Shown: one piece after another, positions 6,927-13,760 of the stretch
How the letters are laid out: each line of letters opens with the position of its first letter
How positions within the stretch are numbered: position 1 is the first letter of the stretch
NCBI GenBank assembly: GCA_046597295.1
Contig: JBKJKS010000239.1
Location: 1-25,856, forward strand
From: Saprospiraceae bacterium
Lineage (GTDB): Bacteria > Bacteroidota > Bacteroidia > Chitinophagales > Saprospiraceae
Direction: 5' to 3'
Length of the DNA: 25,856 nt
The notes under the pieces: model-generated
What the model saw: only the letters and a program-made list of their open reading frames with translations
Databases searched by the model: none
What the model was told of the DNA's origin: nothing
Translations under genes and position numbers: made by a program

Positions 6927-9845
6927 TTACCCGTTCAGACCCGCGGCGCGGGTTCTTTGCCGACGCAGCCCCCACCAGCCGGCGCCGAGGATCAGGCTGC
7001 CCAACAGGACATAGGCCCAGGCACTGGCCGGCGCCGGCAGCGCGGGCAGGTCCATAGTGCCCAGATCACCGGTGACCATGATGCCGGCCCAGTAGTAGGG
7101 CGCAGTGGATTCCGCATGGTTGGGATCTTTCAGAAAATCCAGTTTAGCCAGTCGCAGCGCTTCATCCTTGGGTTTGCCGGCCTGCAAATACGTAAAAAAA
7201 GCCTCCACGATCACCGGGCCGGTCGCTTCATGCAGGCGCCACAGGCTCATCACCGTGCAGGGTACGCCGGCCGCCGCAAACGCCCGGGCCAGGCTATAGA
7301 CCCCTTCGCCTTTGTTCAACTTGCCGAATCCGGTATGACAGGCGCTCAATACCGCCAGGTCGGCGTGTAACTGCATGATCTGCAATTCATTGGCAAACAA
7401 AATATTGTTGTTGATCGAGTCTGGGGCGCGGCTGCCGAACAACAGGCGCGCTAACTCCGGATGCTGGTCATCGGCGAAACCGTGCATGGCCAGCAGCAGC
7501 ACCCGGCAGTCCGGTGCGGTCAGGCGAAATTGCGCTTCCGTCGCTTTATCGCCGTAGTAGTCCCGTCCGCCGATGAGCCGGTGTACCTTGCGGACCTCGG
7601 CCATCGTACTTTTCACGGCGTACACTTTGTCCTGGAACAGCGCCGTAGTATCCTGCCGATTCCAACTGTCCGCTTCGTAGGAAGGCGCAAAGCCGCCCAG
7701 GGCATAGCGTGGCCGGGCTTCCAGGGCATGCTGCCGGCTGAGGGCCTGCTGGAGGTAGAGCAAAGTGGCGGAATAAGCATAACCAATGTTGTAATCGACC
7801 AGGAGCCAGGGCAGATCCGCCCAGTCGGCGGATTGCTGGTCCCGCAGCAGCATTTCGAAGGGAATGAAGACCAGCACATCGTCCGGCACCAGCAGCAGGC
7901 TGTGCACGTCCGGCGCGGCGGCCAGCTCGGGGGCGAGCAATAACCGGAACAGCCCGACGGCCGTTTGCCGAAATTGCTGGTCCCGCGCTGCGTTTACATT
8001 TTCATCCCAGGTGGTGGGGTATTGGGCAAAAAACCGCATGGCTTCGCGGAAACCGGCCGGCAGTGCTGCGCGGCGCCAGGTGAATTTGCCGGCGACATCC
8101 AGCCAGAAAATATAGGCATCCGTCTCGGTGAGGTAGTAGTCCACCATAGCCTGATCGGGGCGCAGCAGGGCCGGGACCTGGCGGGGCAAGAGAAAGACGA
8201 TTTCGTCCGACAGGTGGGCAAAGTCGGGGAATGTGCGCCTTAATTGCCCGACAAACGCTTCCTGGCTGCGTTTGAGCTCGAATAAATCCTGTTCCAGTTG
8301 CTTGATGCGCACCGCACTGGCGGATGACCCCTGATTGCGTTCGCCGGCAATCTGCTGTTCACACCACGACACGCGCACCTGCAGGTCATAGTCGCGCTGC
8401 CGAATACTATCCGGCAGGCGGTATTCCGCCCGGGCCCGGGCCAGGCTTTGCAGTAGCAGCGTACCGCGGGCCTGCTCGGTGAGGTGAAAAGCGCGCTCGG
8501 CGTACTGCCTATCCTGGCTACGCTCGTACAGTTGCCAGGCCAGGGTAATGGCCTCGTCAAAGCGCCTGCGGCTTTCACTCAAGGCCAGCAGCTTGGAGGA
8601 TTCATAGGTATGGGTGGCCCGTAATTTGGATTCCACCGCCGGGACGAGTTCGTAACAGGCCAGGGCTTCCTCCAGGCGTCCCAGCGCGCGAAAGGCAGCC
8701 GCTTTGCCAATCAGGCCTTCAATGATCGTGTTTTCCGCATAGAATTGGGCGGCGTCGGGTTGCTCTGCCCGGGATTTTGGCTTGAAGTCCCGCAGTACGC
8801 ATTGCAGGGCCAGCTGGAACTCCCGCAGGGCCTCGTCAGGCTTGCGGTGCCGCAAATAAAAATTGGCCAGGCTATAGTGCGCTTTGCCGACTTCCCGGTA
8901 ATAAGGTGTGCCCTGCGCAACCGTTTCGAAGTGAATGGCCTTTTGGTAGTGCTGCAAAGCAGCGTTCACGTTGCCCAACGAATCCTGGATTTTCGCGGCC
9001 ATGCCATAATACCCGGCCCGGTAGTAGGCTCTTTGCGCATCGCTTCCCGGTAATTGCGCGATCAGGGGGAGCACTTTTTGCAATGCGGCCAGCGATTGCG
9101 GTACACTGCCGAGGCTGAGCCAGACCCGTGCCTCGCTCAGCCGGGCGGTGATCAGGGCATCCGCGGCCGCGCCGGGGACCTGTAGACCGCTCTGGAGTAC
9201 CGTAAGCGCTTCCATGTTCTTGCCCTGATCCAGGAGAATAATCGCCAGATCACCATATTTTCCAATCTGCGGCTGTTGTTTTTTTTCGCCGTAGGCGATG
9301 CCCCGCCGCAACAGGTGCTGTGCGCGTTCGTAGTCGCCCAAACGCGTATAGGCATTGCCCAGCTGGTGGTAGATGTAGTTGGCGATTTTATCGTTTTTCT
9401 CTCCTAACTGGTGGATATACAGTTGAAAGCTCTCTTCATAATATTTGACGGCATTGCTGTAGTCAAAAATATACCACTGATAGAAATGGCCTTTGTACAT
9501 GAGTATCCGGATCAACTGCTCCCATTCTTTGCTCGTCGTCGGCTTGCGCCAGCTGCCCTTCAGGGCTTGATCGAGATAGGCTTCGGCGGCGAACGGCTGC
9601 TTCAGGTCATCGGCCCAGGTATAGGCCAAGGGAATATAACTGGTGAGCCACAGGTCGAGCCGGTCATTTTTCCGGTACAGGGCCAGGGCCATGCGGTGCA
9701 ATGCGCCCGAGCTGTCGGGCTGGTTACGCAGCAGGCAATCACTGGCCCGGGCGAGGTATTGTTCCGCCAGCAGTGAATCTTGTTGGGCGGATGCGGACAG
9801 GAAAATGAAGCAAAAAATGAACGCTGTAACGATGTTTTTCAACAT
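6927..9845 (-). CDS. TPR-CHAT (caspase-like clan CD) protease with signal peptide and C-terminal TM anchor
   Basis: Signal peptide MLKNIVTAFIFCFIFLSASA|Q and multiple TPR-like repeats. CHAT motifs LLLVPDDVLVFIPFEML, LLLAMHG (His), LAVLSACHTG (Cys), GEGVYSLARAFAAAG, VMSLW, PYYWAG. C-terminal TM AWAYVLLGSLILGAGWWGLRRQR. Confidence 0.92.
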   Translation of the reverse strand: MLKNIVTAFIFCFIFLSASAQQDSLLAEQYLARASDCLLRNQPDSSGALHRMALALYRKNDRLDLWLTSYIPLAYTWADDLKQPFAAEAYLDQALKGSWRKPTTSKEWEQLIRILMYKGHFYQWYIFDYSNAVKYYEESFQLYIHQLGEKNDKIANYIYHQLGNAYTRLGDYERAQHLLRRGIAYGEKKQQPQIGKYGDLAIILLDQGKNMEALTVLQSGLQVPGAAADALITARLSEARVWLSLGSVPQSLAALQKVLPLIAQLPGSDAQRAYYRAGYYGMAAKIQDSLGNVNAALQHYQKAIHFETVAQGTPYYREVGKAHYSLANFYLRHRKPDEALREFQLALQCVLRDFKPKSRAEQPDAAQFYAENTIIEGLIGKAAAFRALGRLEEALACYELVPAVESKLRATHTYESSKLLALSESRRRFDEAITLAWQLYERSQDRQYAERAFHLTEQARGTLLLQSLARARAEYRLPDSIRQRDYDLQVRVSWCEQQIAGERNQGSSASAVRIKQLEQDLFELKRSQEAFVGQLRRTFPDFAHLSDEIVFLLPRQVPALLRPDQAMVDYYLTETDAYIFWLDVAGKFTWRRAALPAGFREAMRFFAQYPTTWDENVNAARDQQFRQTAVGLFRLLLAPELAAAPDVHSLLLVPDDVLVFIPFEMLLRDQQSADWADLPWLLVDYNIGYAYSATLLYLQQALSRQHALEARPRYALGGFAPSYEADSWNRQDTTALFQDKVYAVKSTMAEVRKVHRLIGGRDYYGDKATEAQFRLTAPDCRVLLLAMHGFADDQHPELARLLFGSRAPDSINNNILFANELQIMQLHADLAVLSACHTGFGKLNKGEGVYSLARAFAAAGVPCTVMSLWRLHEATGPVIVEAFFTYLQAGKPKDEALRLAKLDFLKDPNHAESTAPYYWAGIMVTGDLGTMDLPALPAPASAWAYVLLGSLILGAGWWGLRRQRTRAAGLNG

Positions 9846-9910
9846 AGTATCTGATTTGTACGGCTGAGCGACCGGGTGGCGGCCCTTTCTATTGAAATTT
9901 TCCGGGCGTC

Positions 9911-11557
9911 CTAGTGGCTATTATTCTTGTTGGCCCACCAAATGGCGAACAAAACGACCAGAATCAACAGCAGCCACAGGAGCCAGGAACTATCCGCCCC
10001 ATCGACTTTCGTGCCGCTACCGCTATTACAGCAGAGACAGCCAAACTGCGTGGAGTCAATGGGCGTGGCCGCGTGGCATTCCGGATGGTTGACCAGCGAA
10101 TTGTTAAAGACAACGCAAGCCTGCACGGGAGCCGGGTCTGCTGATTTCCAAAGGGAGCGCAGGCCTGTACAATTGGTCCTGGCCGAGAACTGGATGCTTG
10201 CACAAACACTTTCCTCGTGACCCGTCGAGTCGGGCTCTACGCCGGGGATCGTCATGTTACTCCGAAAGTCCCAGCTGTTGGCGGTCAGGTTGGAATTAAC
10301 GGGGTTGAAGCCCAGCGGAACGAAGTTTTGGAACATGCTGGGGAAGGTCAGGCTGATGTCCTCCTGCTCCACAATACCACGTCCTTTGTTGCACATTTCG
10401 AGCCGGAAGGTCACTTCGAAATCATCCGCGCCCATTTTTTTTACGCCTTCTACCGTCAGTTGGTTCGGATCGAAGGTGGTCAGGTACTGCAGTTGCAGAT
10501 CGGCCACTGCCTGGATGTACAGCGGCTGCTGCTGTTGGGTGAAGGCCACCGGATTACCCGGCACCAGATCGGGATTGAGTGCCGCTAACTTTTCATTCAA
10601 CTGGCCATTGCCGCTCACCGGCTTTGGCCCGACCAGCAGGACATAAAAATTCATAAACGAATCCTGCGGTACGAAGGTCGAATCGGCCCATAAAACGGGG
10701 AACAAGCGGTTCTCGGTAAAATCAGGCGGCATATTGTTGATCGTGGCCGTTTCGGAGGGGTAGTAGACCAACCTGCCGAAGGCGGTGCGCATACTGTTGG
10801 CAAAGACGGCGCTAAAAGAAAGCCCATCCACCGTGCCGCCGACCTGAAGATCTGCGGAAGGATGCGCTTTAATTTTTGCGGCATTGAACAAGGGCGCGCC
10901 GGCGGGGGAAAGGCCCGAAAAATAGCGAGGCACATCGGTTCGCTCGTAGCGAAGCGCCGGAGAGGAAAATGCATTGTAGGCGCCCGTGCGCGAATGCTTA
11001 AAGCCGTTGAAAAACAGGAAAATTCCCGAGGCATTTACGTTGCCGGGCCAGGAAATGACGAAGGTGGTCAGGTATTTTTTGCGGATGTCATGGTCGGCAA
11101 AAACATCCAGCGCGGGTACCGTATCGGTACTCAATTTTCCCAAACGACTTTTGAAAGCAGATCTCGGTGCGTTTGGCGCCAATGCACCGATGGGCACCGA
11201 CTGTACTGCCCGGGCGGGCGGCTTCCGGTTGGTGTACTTGCCGGTCAGGTAAGCGGCGGCTTCATAGGTACCCGCCGCCGAATAGAAATAAGAGGGGCGC
11301 ATGGACAGCGAGTCCAGCGCAGGGTCGAAGAGCAGATAATTGCCATCGCCCGGCACCCAAAAGGCGTGAAAGCGCCGCTTTTTATCGCCATCGTTCGGAT
11401 CGAATACCAGATTGGTCAAAGCAAAATCGGCCTTGTTGTTGGGCAGGCAGACGGTGGGGGGGCAGGTAGAGTTGCTGACCGCCATTTTTTGAGCCGATGC
11501 TGGCACAGCGGCCAGCAACAATAAGCCTAGTACGACAGGAGGTAGGTTGATTTTCAT
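9911..11557 (-). CDS. Secreted, C-terminally anchored protein with PKD-like and DUF7619/DUF11-like domains
   Basis: Start reassigned to ATG 11557 (MKINLPPVVLGLLLLAAVPASA|Q; 548 aa). FWVPGDG...YSAAGTYEAAAYLT is PKD-like. FDPNQLTV...VTFRLEMCNKG...PDSTGHEES...IQF resembles DUF7619 (YDPND...YTIRFQNTG...PDS..NE.S). C-terminal TM SWLLWLLLILVVLFAIWW. Confidence 0.75.
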   Translation of the reverse strand: MKINLPPVVLGLLLLAAVPASAQKMAVSNSTCPPTVCLPNNKADFALTNLVFDPNDGDKKRRFHAFWVPGDGNYLLFDPALDSLSMRPSYFYSAAGTYEAAAYLTGKYTNRKPPARAVQSVPIGALAPNAPRSAFKSRLGKLSTDTVPALDVFADHDIRKKYLTTFVISWPGNVNASGIFLFFNGFKHSRTGAYNAFSSPALRYERTDVPRYFSGLSPAGAPLFNAAKIKAHPSADLQVGGTVDGLSFSAVFANSMRTAFGRLVYYPSETATINNMPPDFTENRLFPVLWADSTFVPQDSFMNFYVLLVGPKPVSGNGQLNEKLAALNPDLVPGNPVAFTQQQQPLYIQAVADLQLQYLTTFDPNQLTVEGVKKMGADDFEVTFRLEMCNKGRGIVEQEDISLTFPSMFQNFVPLGFNPVNSNLTANSWDFRSNMTIPGVEPDSTGHEESVCASIQFSARTNCTGLRSLWKSADPAPVQACVVFNNSLVNHPECHAATPIDSTQFGCLCCNSGSGTKVDGADSSWLLWLLLILVVLFAIWWANKNNSH

Positions 11558-11702
11558 TTGTCTGAATTTAAGCATTGGTAATGTACCGAAAGGTATGGCG
11601 CGTGAACGCTCTACCTTGGTCAAATCTTGCGAAATTTAATTTTTTAAAGCCCGGATGTTAACATTTAGCCGGGCAGGCGCATTAAACCCTGAATCGCCGC
11701 TC

Positions 11703-11710
11703 TACTTTTG
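11703..11710 (+). promoter_or_regulatory. Bacteroidota sigma-A -7 box upstream of the ECF sigma gene
   Basis: TACTTTTG is an exact TAnnTTTG match, 43 nt before ATG 11754. Confidence 0.6.
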
Positions 11711-11753
11711 CCACTTGTCGCCACTTTACGGGGACAGCAGGACAACAGGAAAG

Positions 11754-12287
11754 ATGGCTTCTATAGTGGATGAATTACACGATTTTCGGCAAGACCCGAA
11801 CCAGGGATCAGCAGCACTGTACCGCACTTGTCAGCCCAAATTTTTACGCTGGGCCAAGGACTACAGCCGTTTACAGGAAGATGATCTGCGCGATATTTTT
11901 CAGAACGCGGTGATCATCATGCTGCTCAATCTGGAATCCGGGCGGCTGACGCAACTGGTCGGCAGCCTGTGCACCTACGTTTTTGGTATTTCCAAAAACC
12001 TGATCCAGGCCTTCCGGCGCAAGCACGGACGCACCGATCTGCCTGGAGAAATGCCCGCTGAAAAAACGGGTAACCAGGAAATGACCGCGGAAGAGCGGTT
12101 GATCGAGGAACAGGACCATAGCCGGTTGTGGACATCGGTGAGCAACTTGGGCGAGCCTTGTCGCGCGATCATTCACCTGACCTACGTAGAGGGAATGACC
12201 GGTCAGGAAATTGCCGACGTACTCGGCTACGCCAGTGCCGATGTGGTACGCCAACTGCGCAAACGCTGCCTGGATCGGCTGCGCTGA
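11754..12287 (+). CDS. ECF (sigma-70 group 4) RNA polymerase sigma factor
   Basis: Start reassigned to ATG 11754 (177 aa). Region 2: DDLRDIFQNAVI...SLCTYVFGISKN. Region 4 HTH: LGEPCRAIIHLTYVEGMTGQEIADVLGY. Confidence 0.92.
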   Translation: MASIVDELHDFRQDPNQGSAALYRTCQPKFLRWAKDYSRLQEDDLRDIFQNAVIIMLLNLESGRLTQLVGSLCTYVFGISKNLIQAFRRKHGRTDLPGEMPAEKTGNQEMTAEERLIEEQDHSRLWTSVSNLGEPCRAIIHLTYVEGMTGQEIADVLGYASADVVRQLRKRCLDRLR

Positions 12288-12352
12288 ATATTTTAAATGC
12301 CAATAGCTGCTTCACCTATTTTTTTTAAATCCAACCTAATCCGCCGCATGAA

Positions 12353-13126
12353 ATGGAAAATAACGCCGAACATCTCTTAGAAAAGTACTTCGCCAATCTG
12401 CTCTCGCCGGCGGAACGGGTCGAACTGCAACAATTGCTGGCCGACGATCCGGCCTTGCGCCAGGAAATGGCCTGGCAGGAAAAACTGAGCGCCGCCCTGC
12501 GTTCGCAGCCGTTGAGTAATGGTCTGCAGAACCCTGCCTGGCAGCAGGCCGCCAGGCCGCCCAAGCCCGCCATCCGGCGGCGCTTGTTCCTGCTGAGTCT
12601 CGCCGCCGCTGCCTCCGTCGTCGCCCTGGCGGCGGCGGTTTGGTTTTTCAGCCTGCCCAAGAATACTGTGGAAAACACCGTGGCCGCCAACCTCTCCCAC
12701 TACCCCAACCGCATGGACTTCCGGAGCCTGGGCGGTCCCGAAGCCGGCCAGGAAGCGCCGCCGGAAGACGTACGCCGCGCCTTCGAACTGTACGACGACA
12801 GTACCAATTACCACCGCTCCGCCGAAGCGCTGGGCGCCGTGGTGCAGCAGTACCCCGACCGGCTGGCCTATCGTTTTTATTATGGCTGCGCCTTGCTGCA
12901 GGATAAACAATACGCCCCCGCCATTTATCATCTCCAACCGGTTGCCGGCGCCAGTGATAATGCCTTCCAGGCTGCTGCACGCTATCACCTCGGCCTGGCC
13001 TACGCCGGAGCCGGCCAGTATGCCCAGGCCCGCACGACGCTGCAGGATTTTCTGCAGGCACCGAATACCCTCAAAAGGTACCACCAGCCGGCGGAAAATG
13101 TGCTGCGGGCCTTGCCGGGGGAATAG
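12353..13126 (+). CDS. Putative transmembrane anti-sigma factor with periplasmic TPR-like domain
   Basis: N-terminal LEKYFANLLSPAERVELQQLLADDPALRQE is a zinc-free anti-sigma-domain pattern. Basic RRR precedes TM LFLLSLAAAASVVALAAAVWFF. C-terminal TPR pairs FYYGCALLQ.../YHLGLAYAGAGQYAQA. Lies directly downstream of the ECF gene. Confidence 0.8.
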   Translation: MENNAEHLLEKYFANLLSPAERVELQQLLADDPALRQEMAWQEKLSAALRSQPLSNGLQNPAWQQAARPPKPAIRRRLFLLSLAAAASVVALAAAVWFFSLPKNTVENTVAANLSHYPNRMDFRSLGGPEAGQEAPPEDVRRAFELYDDSTNYHRSAEALGAVVQQYPDRLAYRFYYGCALLQDKQYAPAIYHLQPVAGASDNAFQAAARYHLGLAYAGAGQYAQARTTLQDFLQAPNTLKRYHQPAENVLRALPGE

Positions 13127-13153
13127 TGGGCAGTAAAATTTCCATGGCGAATG

Positions 13154-13248
13154 GGAACGCGGATGACGCGGATGCAAGCAAACGCGGATGACGCGGATTT
13201 TAAAATCCGTTTTGTCCGCGTTTGGCACATCCGCGTCATCCGCGTTCC
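13154..13248. repeat. 95-bp REP-like palindrome built from tandem ACGCGGATG units
   Basis: 21-bp perfect outer arms (13154-13174 / 13228-13248), 9-bp middle arms (13180-13188 / 13215-13223), and a 16-bp perfect centre CGGATTTTAAAATCCG (13194-13209). Confidence 0.9.
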
Positions 13249-13275
13249 TGTTGGCAGCATCTCCTACCTGCCAAC

Positions 13276-13311
13276 AAAAAAGCCCTTCCGGCGCTATACG
13301 ACGGAAAGGCT
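13276..13311 (-). terminator. Intrinsic terminator for a minus-strand transcript
   Basis: Stem 13281-13290 / 13302-13311. Its single + strand C/A mismatch is a G-U pair on the minus strand, followed there by a U6 tail. No minus-strand CDS is nearby. Confidence 0.7.
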
Positions 13312-13445
13312 GTGGGAAGGTGGTCTACCTGTCTGTGCCGGGCTACACCAAGGTGTTGCCGGCAACAGGTTCAGGAAGGGCTGCAAAAAAGCAGCTGTCG
13401 TGATAATTTGGGGCTGGTAATCCGGGGCTGGCTGGTTGGGGGTAG
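13276..13445 (-). ncRNA. Candidate small RNA, possibly Bacteroidota-type 6S RNA
   Basis: Ends in an oriented terminator. Nested pairings CCGGAUUAC/GUAGCCCGG (8 of 9), GCUGC-U6-GCAGC and a 14-nt palindrome. Contains CCUGAACC...GGUGUAGCC, recalled as typical of Bacteroidota 6S 3' strands. The 5' end is uncertain. Confidence 0.4.
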
Positions 13446-13479
13446 TTTGCTGGGGATGATGTTCAGGGGATGATGGTTT
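13410..13479 (+). repeat. Degenerate 14-nt tandem repeat with five phased GGGG tracts
   Basis: G-runs start at 13410, 13424, 13438, 13452 and 13466. Units: GGGGCTGGTAATCC, GGGGCTGGCTGGTT, GGGGGTAGTTTGCT, GGGGATGATGTTCA, GGGGATGATGGTTT. Confidence 0.8.
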
Positions 13480-13485
13480 TGGAGG

Positions 13486-13515
13486 AAAAAAGGCCGCGTT
13501 TTACAACGCGGCCTT
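13486..13515 (-). terminator. Intrinsic terminator for a second minus-strand transcript
   Basis: 11-bp perfect stem AAGGCCGCGTT/AACGCGGCCTT with a 4-nt loop. The A6 run on the left gives a U-tail on the minus strand. Confidence 0.8.
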
Positions 13516-13675
13516 CCGCTTTCATGTGGTTTTCAAGAGTGAATGCCCGTGCTGTCCGCCGCGTGAACCAAGAAGAGATCATTTTTCAAAAACTTTTTCC
13601 CGGTGCTTGGCTGGATGATGCGGCTGGCGTTATTAAAAATCAAACGTCTTGTCCGGAAAGGCTGCCCACATGCCT
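13486..13675 (-). ncRNA. Candidate rod-shaped small RNA
   Basis: Four nested complementary pairs (13523-29/13666-72, 13534-38/13647-51, 13558-62/13620-24, 13568-72/13606-10) directly upstream of a minus-strand terminator. No credible ORF. Confidence 0.35.
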
Positions 13676-13760
13676 GGTTAGTTATGCATCGAAAAAATAC
13701 TTTTTCACACCAACTTGCACGCTGAAACGCGGAAACTCCTTTTCAGCGTTATCCACCACT

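Noticed and set aside
13249-13276. Hairpin TGTTGGCAG/CTGCCAACA
   Set aside because: No U-tract in either orientation; the adjacent A-run belongs to the next terminator. Not assigned a function.
13340-13400. GAACCUG resembling a TPP riboswitch, and CAGG..GGAAG..GCAGC resembling SRP RNA
   Set aside because: The TPP UGAGA element is missing and no downstream gene is on that strand. The SRP GNRA-loop helix spacing does not fit.
13000-13473. Short ORFs around the 13154 palindrome (MGTRMTRM..., MTRILK..., MAHPRHPR...)
   Set aside because: Translation artefacts of the nonamer repeat; they cross terminators and have no coding features.
13154-13479. Possible CRISPR array linked to the CHAT protease (type III-E-like)
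   Set aside because: Repeat units are 9 and 14 nt with no unique 25-40-nt spacers, and there are no cas genes in the window.
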